Origin: Candidatus Nanopusillus acidilobi
GTDB taxonomy: Archaea; Nanobdellota; Nanobdellia; Nanobdellales; Nanobdellaceae
Length of the DNA stretch: 32,000 nucleotides
Direction: 5' to 3'
Assembly (NCBI GenBank): GCA_001552015.1
Contig: CP010514.1
Location: 300,001 to 332,000, forward strand
Shown here: piece after piece, positions 8,180 to 16,553 of the stretch
How the letters are laid out: each line of letters opens with the position of its first letter
Position numbering within the stretch: the stretch's first letter is position 1
Notes under the pieces: model-generated
Database searches by the model: none
What the model was told of the DNA's origin: nothing
What the model saw: only the letters and a program-made list of their open reading frames with translations
Program-made: the position numbers and the translations under genes

Positions 8180-8744
8180 AAAATTTAATAATTTACTATA
8201 TTTTTCTTTATTTTCTATATATTATAATTCTGTTAATCTTATTCTATATTTAATTATTTATTATAATCCATTAATATTACTTAATAAATTATATAATATT
8301 ATTTTCTTATTAATTACAATTTTCCTATTTTTAATATCAATAATAATGTATTTAAATTTTAAACGTAATTTGGCAATAATTATATTTTTATTAATTTATA
8401 TCTTAACGAATTTTCTTTTACTCTTTAGATATCCCTTTATAATATATAATATTTTCCTTTCAATAACTTCTTTTTCATATTTTCTAATTTATTATTTAAT
8501 TTACAAAGATTTATACAAAATTTTATCATTTTTTAAAATTTTAATCTTTTATAATATATTCAATATATTGAACTTCTTCTATTTTATAATTAATGTATTA
8601 AATATTTTCTTTAGAATTTTTAATATTATGCAATCTTGGGAATATATAATATTCCTTTCAATTTATTCAATAATTTTATTTATTATTTTATATAAAAATA
8701 TCTATATTTTAATAAAAAAATATTCTACTTACTATGCTTCTTAA
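8163..8744 (+). CDS. Polytopic membrane protein, unknown function
   Basis: 193 stop-free codons in about 80% A+T DNA is very unlikely by chance. There are about six hydrophobic I/L/F/Y-rich segments. The start overlaps the dut-like gene by 17 nt. No motif recognised. Confidence 0.5.
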   Translation: MEKNIEKFNNLLYFSLFSIYYNSVNLILYLIIYYNPLILLNKLYNIIFLLITIFLFLISIIMYLNFKRNLAIIIFLLIYILTNFLLLFRYPFIIYNIFLSITSFSYFLIYYLIYKDLYKILSFFKILIFYNIFNILNFFYFIINVLNIFFRIFNIMQSWEYIIFLSIYSIILFIILYKNIYILIKKYSTYYAS

Positions 8745-9570
8745 ATAAATCAAATATTTCTGGTGGTACTACAACTATTTTTTCATTCTGGCTATTTCTT
8801 AATATATCTAAAAACCTTAATGTTATACCATAATCACTTTCAGATAATATTTCTGCAGCTTTCTTAAAGTTCTCTGCAGCCTGTAATTCTCCTTGAGATT
8901 CAATTACTTTTGCCTGTGCCAATCCTTGTGCTTTTAATATTTCTGCATCTCTTTGTCTTTCAGCAATTGCTCTTTGGGTTAATGCAGATAATATTTCTTG
9001 AGGAACAATTAGATCCTGTATTTTTATTGCAATAATATCAACACCCCATTCTCCAATCTCTTTTTGAATTATATCTTTCAATTCATTTCCAATTTCTTCT
9101 TTTTTCTGTAATATATCATTTAAATTATATTTTCCAAATATATCCCTTAAATTTGTCTGTGCATAATTTAATATTGTCCTATTTAAATCTCTTACATTCA
9201 TTATAACTTTTCCAGGATCTACTATTCTATAAAATACTGTACTTCTTACTGTAATATTTACATTATCTGCAGTTAATAATACTTGTTCAGGTAAATCGTA
9301 ATTTATAATTCTCATATCTACTTTAATTAATTTTTGAAAACCTGGCAAAATATATATTAAACCTCCAGAAAGGACTCCTGAATAATATCCTAATGTAAAT
9401 ATTACTGCCTTTTCATAGTTATATATTATTCTTATTCCAGTTAATGTATATATTATTATTAGTACTCCAAATATTATTCCCAATATTCCAAGAAACTTTA
9501 TTAACAAAAATGACACTAATAATAGTATAAAAAATATTGCCCATTGTCTCATATTGCTATATTCTTCCAT
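8725..9570 (-). CDS. SPFH/band-7 (stomatin/prohibitin-like) membrane protein
   Basis: N-terminal membrane anchor (WAIFFILLLVSFLLIKFLGILGIIFGVLIII), then the band-7 core (EKAVIFTLGYYSG, LPGFQKLIKVDMRI, LLTADNVNITV, FYRIVDP), then an A/Q/E-rich coiled tail (AIAERQRDAEILKAQGLAQAKVIESQGELQAAENF). Confidence 0.85.
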   Translation of the reverse strand: MEEYSNMRQWAIFFILLLVSFLLIKFLGILGIIFGVLIIIYTLTGIRIIYNYEKAVIFTLGYYSGVLSGGLIYILPGFQKLIKVDMRIINYDLPEQVLLTADNVNITVRSTVFYRIVDPGKVIMNVRDLNRTILNYAQTNLRDIFGKYNLNDILQKKEEIGNELKDIIQKEIGEWGVDIIAIKIQDLIVPQEILSALTQRAIAERQRDAEILKAQGLAQAKVIESQGELQAAENFKKAAEILSESDYGITLRFLDILRNSQNEKIVVVPPEIFDLFKKHSK

Positions 9571-9592
9571 ATCAAAAATATCTTAATTTTGC

Positions 9593-9599
9593 TTAAAAA
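9593..9599. promoter_or_regulatory. Central A/T box (TTAAAAA) of a 51-nt divergent spacer; candidate shared TATA element
   Basis: It lies 23-29 nt from both divergent start codons (9570 on the minus strand, 9622 on the plus strand). The geometry matches the spacer at 16503-16553. Confidence 0.35.
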
Positions 9600-9621
9600 C
9601 TTATCTAAAAATATTTTAATT

Positions 9622-9876
9622 ATGAGCAAGGATGATAAAAAATTAAAAGAAATAGAAAAAATATATGAATCGATATTGCCATTTTTTACAAAAGAGGCAA
9701 TTGATAGATTATCGAACATAAAAGTTGTATATCCAGAAAAATTTATGCAGACTGTTTTGATTCTATATCAATATATTCAATCTGGTAAAATAAAAAAGAT
9801 AGATGACGAATTATTAAAAAATATATTATCAAAATTATCTGAAAGAAGAGAACCAAAAATAAGATTTATACATTAG
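9622..9876 (+). CDS. PDCD5/TFAR19-family dsDNA-binding protein
   Basis: ILPFFTKEAIDRLSNIKVVYPEKFMQTVLILYQYIQSGKIKKIDDELLKNILSKL follows the PDCD5 pattern (L-T-x-E-A-x-x-R-L-x-x-I-x-x-V-x-P-E ... G-x-I ... I-x-E-x-x-L). I start at ATG 9622. The 26 upstream codons in the track ORF are hydrophobic read-through of the promoter spacer. Confidence 0.7.
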   Translation: MSKDDKKLKEIEKIYESILPFFTKEAIDRLSNIKVVYPEKFMQTVLILYQYIQSGKIKKIDDELLKNILSKLSERREPKIRFIH

Positions 9877-10991
9877 CTTAATATTTTTTCAGGATGTTCT
9901 AATTTATCTGGTAAATATTTTTCTGCAACAAACTCTAATGAATTTGCTGCCAATGCATCCTGTTCAACTTTTATTCCATAATCTAACATTTTTCTAAATT
10001 GTCTTTGCCAATCTTTAGATTTTTTAAACCAAGGATAATTAGCTATTTCATTTAATCTTTTTATATCCCTCTGATTTAATTTTATTACTGCTCCTTTCTT
10101 TCTTAGATCATATTCATCTATATCATCAATTGTCATTCCTATAAATTTTACATCTGGAGTTGCTAATAATTCGGAAAATTGTGATAGATTCATAGATCCC
10201 CTTTTAATTACAGAATATATATAGAATCCCCATGGATCCCCATCTGTAAATACATAAACTGGTAAATTTTTTTCTTTTCTTAATCTATGTATTAATCTTC
10301 TAACACCTCTTGGAGATTGACCTTTACTAGTAATTAATATTGCTCCATATTTCTCTGGAAATCTTTCTTCAATTAACCTATCAAACATTGCTTCTTTTTC
10401 AACTACTAAAACAAAATCAGCATTTACATCTCCAATTTCTATATCTTCAATTGTTGATGGAACACTCCATCCGCCTCTTCCCAATTTTGAGCAATTCCAT
10501 TCATCACCTCTCTTTTTATCCCTTAAATATATATCCCCATATATCGCACCTCTTCCTTCAGCTTTTATATGAAATTGCTCTCTTATTGCTTTTATTGCTC
10601 TTTCTAAATCTTCAATTACAGCATCAGATTCACTTTGTTCTTCTATTGTATTTACATTTAATATTGGTATTGTATGCTTTAATTGATAATAAACTTCTCT
10701 TAAGCTTGCAGTTTTATCTGTTTCTACTAATTTTTTTGCTAAAGAAGCAACTAATAATGTTTGCATAAATCTTCTTACATGACCCAAATTAAAGAATTCT
10801 CTAGATTCAATTCTTTCTTTTAAAGTAATTATATCCCTTTTTTCATCATATTCAATATTTTTTATATTACCTCTTACAGCAAGTTTTATTGATGGACTTC
10901 CAGAAGAAAATTCATTATAAATTTCTTCAGCTAATTTTTTTATTCTATCTAAAACTTCTTCTTTAGATAATTTTTCTATATATTGGACCAT
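9873..10991 (-). CDS. top6A: DNA topoisomerase VI subunit A (Spo11 homologue)
   Basis: 5Y-CAP region with the catalytic-Tyr context LREVYYQLKH. Toprim motifs VVEKEAMF and FTDGDPWGFYIY. Located 16 nt downstream of top6B on the same strand. Confidence 0.93.
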   Translation of the reverse strand: MVQYIEKLSKEEVLDRIKKLAEEIYNEFSSGSPSIKLAVRGNIKNIEYDEKRDIITLKERIESREFFNLGHVRRFMQTLLVASLAKKLVETDKTASLREVYYQLKHTIPILNVNTIEEQSESDAVIEDLERAIKAIREQFHIKAEGRGAIYGDIYLRDKKRGDEWNCSKLGRGGWSVPSTIEDIEIGDVNADFVLVVEKEAMFDRLIEERFPEKYGAILITSKGQSPRGVRRLIHRLRKEKNLPVYVFTDGDPWGFYIYSVIKRGSMNLSQFSELLATPDVKFIGMTIDDIDEYDLRKKGAVIKLNQRDIKRLNEIANYPWFKKSKDWQRQFRKMLDYGIKVEQDALAANSLEFVAEKYLPDKLEHPEKILS

Positions 10992-11007
10992 TTTATTTTA
11001 TTATAAG

Positions 11008-12750
11008 TTAATTTAATAAGCTCAACTTATTCTTTTTAACATCATTTATTACTTCCATTATTGTATCTTCTAATTCTTTTTCACTTAATAGATTAATTTT
11101 TACTGCATCTTTTAACATATTTTTAATTAATGATACTGCTCTATCTTCTTTTCCCTCTTTTAATAGATTTTTTACTTCTCTAACAGATTTTAATATTTCA
11201 TATATATCATTTACCAATTCCTTCTTTATTCTTTCTTTTATTCTTTTTTCTGCATTTTCTTTTTCAATATCCAATATAGAGCTTAAAGAATCTATAACCT
11301 CTAATCCATATCCATATAAATTTTTATATTTATCGCCAATTGTTTCTAAAGCCTTCTTTTTCTTAATATATATTGATAATTCTCTTAATGCATTTTTAAT
11401 TCCCAATTCTATTTCTTTTACTATTTCATCATATGGCGCAATTGCTTCCTTTGATTCTGAGGTAAATGGTAACCAAACAGATGCAACATGAACTAATATT
11501 GCCATTGGATCTTTTGGAAATTCTCCCTCAACTTCAAATCCATAATGCTTCCAATTAATTTCTTTTAATGCATGTGTTATTGCATCTTCTCCTGGTTTAT
11601 ATAATAATGGTACTCTATTTGCAAATCTATAATATTGAAATTCATTTATTTCTCCACCATATGCAATTCCAACTTCTACTATAAATGGTATTCCTCTATA
11701 TAATGATGGTCTCCTTTTTATTGCAGCCATATATTCTGGTTTAAGTATATTTTCCATACTTTTTAATATTATATCTCTACCAAGAGTTACAATATATTTT
11801 GATGGAATTGCCCTTAATTTTGCATTTTGTAATGTATTATATAGTTTTATAATCTGATCATCATTTAAACTCTTCGGATCTATATCCGGATCTAATTTTG
11901 CTTTCTTTAGTATTTCTATTGCTGTATTTTGTCCTACAGATGAAAAAGTTTTAGTTAAAAAATTTAATAATGTTTTTTGATTTGTTTCTCTTATTAATCT
12001 ATCAAAATATCCTAATTCAATACCATATGGATGTGGCTTTACTTCTTTTAATTCTGGAATTTCATTTATTATTCTTTTATAAACAAATTTCTCTCCATCT
12101 GGATTTTTATAAATTATATTTGCATGTGGATTTATCAAAGCAGTTAATTTAATATATTCATCAACAGATTGTTTACCCTTTATATATTGACCTATTATTT
12201 TTGCTTTTACAATTGTTCCACTCTCTTTTTTCACTTCAACTTCTTCTTTTTCTAAAATTATTGGGGTATTTGTTTTTACATCAATCTTTATCTTATATTT
12301 TATTCCTTTTTCTTTATTTTTCATTTTTGTAATAATTTCTACTGGTTCTTTTGCTGTAAGTTGTGAATATAGAGTAACTGCCGAGGCACCAATACCTTGT
12401 TTTCCTCTTGTTGATATAAATCTATGAAACTTTGAACCAAATAGAAAACTACCAAATATTTCTGGAACACTCTCATATGGTATACCTGGTCCATTATCTT
12501 CTACAGTTACTTTATAAGTATCCTCTTCTAATTTATCTATTTCAACCTTTATATCCGGAAGTATTCTATATTCTTCACATGCATCTAATGAATTATCAAC
12601 ATATTCTTTTACTGCAATTAGTAGTGCCTTCCTAGGACTATCAAATCCCAATAGATGTCTATTTCTTTCAAAAAATTCTGCTACAGATATTCTTTTAAAT
12701 TTTTTATATAATTCAGCTTCCTGAACATTTTGTTTAATTTTTTCTTTCAT
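11008..12750 (-). CDS. top6B: DNA topoisomerase VI subunit B (GHKL ATPase)
   Basis: Bergerat-fold motifs EYVDNSLDA (N box), VEDNGPGI (G1) and TRGKQGIGAS (G2), followed by an H2TH/transducer-length body. Adjacent to top6A. Confidence 0.93.
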   Translation of the reverse strand: MKEKIKQNVQEAELYKKFKRISVAEFFERNRHLLGFDSPRKALLIAVKEYVDNSLDACEEYRILPDIKVEIDKLEEDTYKVTVEDNGPGIPYESVPEIFGSFLFGSKFHRFISTRGKQGIGASAVTLYSQLTAKEPVEIITKMKNKEKGIKYKIKIDVKTNTPIILEKEEVEVKKESGTIVKAKIIGQYIKGKQSVDEYIKLTALINPHANIIYKNPDGEKFVYKRIINEIPELKEVKPHPYGIELGYFDRLIRETNQKTLLNFLTKTFSSVGQNTAIEILKKAKLDPDIDPKSLNDDQIIKLYNTLQNAKLRAIPSKYIVTLGRDIILKSMENILKPEYMAAIKRRPSLYRGIPFIVEVGIAYGGEINEFQYYRFANRVPLLYKPGEDAITHALKEINWKHYGFEVEGEFPKDPMAILVHVASVWLPFTSESKEAIAPYDEIVKEIELGIKNALRELSIYIKKKKALETIGDKYKNLYGYGLEVIDSLSSILDIEKENAEKRIKERIKKELVNDIYEILKSVREVKNLLKEGKEDRAVSLIKNMLKDAVKINLLSEKELEDTIMEVINDVKKNKLSLLN

Positions 12751-12783
12751 TTAAAAAATATTTATTTTTAATATTTTAAAATG

Positions 12784-13305
12784 TTATTTAATATATCTTG
12801 CAAATTCTTTATCTTTATTCCTCAAATCTTTTATATATTTGTCTAAATAATTGAATACTGTACTATGTTTTTCCCCCTTTATTATTCTTTTTATTCCTTC
12901 ATATGCTGATTGTAAAGAAATACTATCTCCAAGTATGTATATATATTTATCTTTAATAATTATATCAGCATTTGTCCTTTTCCTCAATTCTTCTAGCACT
13001 TTTCCTTCTTCTCCAATAATTCTTCCCTTTACTCTAATTATATGATTTATTTTCTTTTCAAATACCTGTTTTAAATCAATTTCTAATATATCCCAATCAT
13101 TATCTAATATATTTAATAATTTTTCAATATCAAAACCTGCCTTTAATCCTTTTATAAATTTATCAAATTTATATAAGAAATAGAAGTCTTCATAATAGAC
13201 AATTATTTTATTTTTATTTCTATTATATTTTATATTTCTCTCTTTCAATAAATTTTCAAGTTCATTTACTTTTATATCCTTTATATCAAATTCATATATA
13301 TACAT
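12784..13305 (-). CDS. KH-domain RNA-binding protein (archaeal Dim2/Pno1-like, COG1094-like)
   Basis: A KH module with a GxxG loop (RIIGEEGKVLEELRKRTNADIII) follows a degenerate KH-like N-terminal half. The tail is AYEGIKRIIKGEKHSTVFNYL, as in aDim2 proteins. Confidence 0.65.
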   Translation of the reverse strand: MYIYEFDIKDIKVNELENLLKERNIKYNRNKNKIIVYYEDFYFLYKFDKFIKGLKAGFDIEKLLNILDNDWDILEIDLKQVFEKKINHIIRVKGRIIGEEGKVLEELRKRTNADIIIKDKYIYILGDSISLQSAYEGIKRIIKGEKHSTVFNYLDKYIKDLRNKDKEFARYIK

Positions 13306-13329
13306 AAAAATAATATATTGTAAAAATTT

Positions 13330-14190
13330 TTATACAGTTATTTGATTTAAAACATCTAAATTTAATTCTCTATTTATTTTATAAAATGGTTGTACTTTTA
13401 GTCCTTCATGCAATGTAATTCTCGATCCTCTATAAAATATACCAACAGGAATTTTTGCATCTTCTCTTAATGTATAATCATATTCTAAAGCCCTTTTTAA
13501 TGCTTCATCAAAATTTGTTGGATCATGTCCTATATCTTCTAATTTATACATATGTGATTCATAATATTTCCTTGTATCATGTTGAACAATACATGGTTGA
13601 ATTATATCTACAAATGCAAATCCTTTATGTAATATTGCTTCTTTCATTATATATTTCAAATGGTCTACCCATAATGCATATCCTCTAGCAACAAATGTAG
13701 CACCAGATATCAATGCTAATGCAATTGGATTTAATGGTTTTTCAAATATTTTCATACCTAAAGATTTTGAATAAAATCCTTCTTCAGTAGTAAATGTATG
13801 TTGAGCAGTTGTTAATGCAAATACTTGATTATTATGAACAAATAGCTTTACATCCGCATTTTCTTTGCATGAAGAAACAAAATGATCTATTCCTTCATTA
13901 TATGTATCCCCATCTCCTTGAAATACTAAAACAGTTAATTCTGGATTTCCCATCTTTATTCCAACTCCTAATGATAATGCTCTTCCATGTAATCCACTAA
14001 ATGAACTCAAATTTAAATAATTATGTATCTTTGCTGCACATCCAATTCCTGATGTAAATACAATCTTCCTTCTATCAATTTTACCTTCAGATTCCAATTC
14101 TTTTAAAGTAGAGATTATTGCTGTATATATACCAAAGTTCGTACAACCAGGACACCATGTAATTTGATAACCAGTCCTTAGATCTTCCAT
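13330..14190 (-). CDS. 2-oxoacid:ferredoxin oxidoreductase beta subunit (TPP-binding)
   Basis: TWCPGCTNFGI, TSGIGCAAK, LHGRALSLGVGIKMGNPELTVLVFQGDGDTYNEGIDHF, NNQVFALTTAQ, GATFVARG and HKGFAFVDIIQPC are the KorB/OFOR-beta motifs in order. Confidence 0.88.
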   Translation of the reverse strand: MEDLRTGYQITWCPGCTNFGIYTAIISTLKELESEGKIDRRKIVFTSGIGCAAKIHNYLNLSSFSGLHGRALSLGVGIKMGNPELTVLVFQGDGDTYNEGIDHFVSSCKENADVKLFVHNNQVFALTTAQHTFTTEEGFYSKSLGMKIFEKPLNPIALALISGATFVARGYALWVDHLKYIMKEAILHKGFAFVDIIQPCIVQHDTRKYYESHMYKLEDIGHDPTNFDEALKRALEYDYTLREDAKIPVGIFYRGSRITLHEGLKVQPFYKINRELNLDVLNQITV

Positions 14191-14247
14191 GATATAGATA
14201 ATATATACCTAAAAATAAAAGGTTAAAGATTAACTAAAAAGTGGAAA

Positions 14248-15663
14248 TTATTTTGTAATTCTTATAATTAATCCGTTAGAATATTTAACTCTATCCCAAG
14301 CTAAATATTTATATCTTAGTTCTGCTCTTGGTAATTCTATATTTTTATATTCTTTTATATCTTTAGCTTCTAATGTATAAGAAATAACTATTTCCTCATT
14401 TCTTCTTATATTTTCAAATTTCCAGTTAAAGCTATAGTTATTATCTACTTTATAAACTGAAGATGGTTCTACAATTTTATATTCTTTTACTTTTAATGGT
14501 GCATTTACTCTATCTACTAATTTAACTTGATTTAATGAAAATACACTTTTATTTTTTATATTTATTGTTACATCTATTGTTTCTTTATCCAAATCAATCT
14601 TTAATATTTCTTTTGATATTTCTACATTATCTCTTAAGAATACATACAGTATTATAAACAATATTATCAATATTGCAACTATAATTTCAGCTAATAATAG
14701 ATAATTGAAGTTTTCATATATTGTATAAGATTGTCCTGGTAATAAATATACATTATATATTGCATATTTAGAGCCATTTATATTACCAATATAATATTTG
14801 TTTGGATAAAATGTAGAAAATGTTCCATAGTAAATTTGTAAATAATATGTATAATTAATTGGATAATTATATGGATTTTTTATATTTATTATATATTCTA
14901 ATCCATTTTTAGTTATTTCTATTATTGGAGTTGTATTTAATTGAAAAACTGTGAAATTTAGATAATATGTATTATTATTTGAATATACTATCAATTGATG
15001 CTCTCCTATAGAAACATTATTTGATATAAATATTGGAATCTGATATATATTTACCCCAGGACTCAATGTCTCATTATAGAATGCTGAAAAATTAATATCA
15101 GAAGATATATTAATTGATAAATTTTGACTGAAATTATTTGGATTATTTATTATTCCTATTAAATATATAAAGCTATTTTGAGCTACTGTTGAACTAGATA
15201 ATTCAAAGTTTATAGATAATGGCAAAATAATAGTTGAATTTGTTATTGTTGGTTGACTATAATACAATACTGGAGTAAATTGAATTATATCTGAATAGTA
15301 TTCTGATGTAATATTTATATTATGTAAATATACGACTATTTCAGGTATTTGATTAATAAAACCTAAAGGTCTCATATATATTTCTATATTTTCTAATTGA
15401 CCAGGAGATATATATCCAGAAATCATTGTATTATTTTCTCCTATAATAAAGAACCATTGAGAAGATAGTGGAGAAATATCATAATAGTATGTATAATTTG
15501 TAGGATTGTATATATTTATTTCATATACTGCATAACTATTTGGATTTGATATATTAATCTGGTTATTTATTACCGTTGGATATCCAACTATTGGTTGCTG
15601 TGAATAAACTTCTAACATTATTGGTATCATCAAAATACCTAACAAAAGCTTCCTCCAATCCAT
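14248..15663 (-). CDS. Sequon-rich surface (glyco)protein with signal peptide, one central TM and a C-terminal beta-sandwich-like domain
   Basis: N-terminal signal-like segment MDWRKLLLGILMIPIMLEVYS. Sixteen N-x-S/T sequons counted in residues 24-320. Hydrophobic span at residues 321-343 (YLLLAEIIVAILIILFIILYVFL). The C-terminal 128 aa has a CARDB/DUF11-like strand pattern (TIDVTINIKNKSVFSLNQVKLVD...FNWKFENIRRNEEIVISYTLEA). Confidence 0.6.
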   Translation of the reverse strand: MDWRKLLLGILMIPIMLEVYSQQPIVGYPTVINNQINISNPNSYAVYEINIYNPTNYTYYYDISPLSSQWFFIIGENNTMISGYISPGQLENIEIYMRPLGFINQIPEIVVYLHNINITSEYYSDIIQFTPVLYYSQPTITNSTIILPLSINFELSSSTVAQNSFIYLIGIINNPNNFSQNLSINISSDINFSAFYNETLSPGVNIYQIPIFISNNVSIGEHQLIVYSNNNTYYLNFTVFQLNTTPIIEITKNGLEYIINIKNPYNYPINYTYYLQIYYGTFSTFYPNKYYIGNINGSKYAIYNVYLLPGQSYTIYENFNYLLLAEIIVAILIILFIILYVFLRDNVEISKEILKIDLDKETIDVTINIKNKSVFSLNQVKLVDRVNAPLKVKEYKIVEPSSVYKVDNNYSFNWKFENIRRNEEIVISYTLEAKDIKEYKNIELPRAELRYKYLAWDRVKYSNGLIIRITK

Positions 15664-15701
15664 GTATAATATGTTTTAATTTAAATATATAAATTATTAT
15701 A

Positions 15702-16502
15702 TTAAGTGTATATCAAACCTATTAGACTAACTATTATTGCTATACTACCAAGTATATAGTCTATATAATATATTTTTTTACTTTTTGCTAATTTCATCAA
15801 AATACCAATAGTTAGATAACCAACTATAAAAGAAACAATTATTGCAGTTAGAATTCCATAATATCCTATAGTAGATGCTACATACATAATGTTAGATTTA
15901 GAAGCTAATATGGTTAAGAAAAATGCTCCAAGAGCTGCTGGTATATATAAAATATATGAAAGAGAAAAAGAAAATTTTGGATCATATTCCATTAATAACA
16001 TAGTAGATACTGTAATTCCAGATCTACTAACACCAGGTAAAGCAGCAAGTCCCTGTGCAATTCCAATAATAATTATATCCCTTAAATTAAGATCTTTTTT
16101 ATCCTTTATTTTTATTTTATTTCTTGTATAATATATATATATTCCATCTAAAATAAGTATTAATCCTAAAATTATCATTGGTATTGATACATTATATGCA
16201 TTTTCTAACAATTTATCAGAAATAATATATAAAGGAGCACCAACCAATCCTGTAAAAATTATTGCAATAATTATATAATATAACATTTTTTTATCCTTCA
16301 ATATTTGATATATATCCTTCCTAAAATATAATAAAGCAGAAAATACAGTTCCAATTTCCATAAATAATCCAAATGTATATCCAATTGAAGGATTAATATT
16401 TAGTAAATAATTTGAAGCTATTAGAATTTGTGTTTTGCTACTTATTGGCAACCATTCACTGATACCTTGAATTATTCCCAATATTATTGGATATAAATTC
16501 AT
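15702..16502 (-). CDS. uppP: Undecaprenyl/polyprenyl-diphosphate phosphatase (UppP/BacA family)
   Basis: GISEWLPISSKTQ (the E-x-L-P-[VI]-S-S motif) and ALPGVSRSGITVS (the P-G-x-S-R-S-G-x-T motif), with about eight TM segments over 266 aa. Confidence 0.85.
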   Translation of the reverse strand: MNLYPIILGIIQGISEWLPISSKTQILIASNYLLNINPSIGYTFGLFMEIGTVFSALLYFRKDIYQILKDKKMLYYIIIAIIFTGLVGAPLYIISDKLLENAYNVSIPMIILGLILILDGIYIYYTRNKIKIKDKKDLNLRDIIIIGIAQGLAALPGVSRSGITVSTMLLMEYDPKFSFSLSYILYIPAALGAFFLTILASKSNIMYVASTIGYYGILTAIIVSFIVGYLTIGILMKLAKSKKIYYIDYILGSIAIIVSLIGLIYT

Positions 16503-16524
16503 TTTTCATACATTATTGAATACC

Positions 16525-16532
16525 TTTAAAAA
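16525..16532. promoter_or_regulatory. Central TTTAAAAA box of a 51-nt divergent spacer; candidate shared bidirectional TATA element
   Basis: It lies 22-29 nt from the 16554 ATG and 23-30 nt from the uppP ATG (16502). It reads TTTAAAAA on one strand and TTTTTAAA on the other. Confidence 0.4.
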
Positions 16533-16553
16533 TTTTATTAAAAAGACTAATTT

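Noticed and set aside
9544-9621. 26-codon N-terminal extension of the PDCD5-like ORF
   Set aside because: It would run through the divergent promoter spacer and overlap the SPFH start. The extension is hydrophobic and unlike the family. ATG 9622 has the standard box spacing.
10340-10768. 142-aa plus-strand ORF inside top6A
   Set aside because: It lies entirely antisense to a strongly supported gene. The L/Q/H/F-rich low-complexity translation is typical of a shadow frame in AT-rich coding DNA, and it carries no motif.
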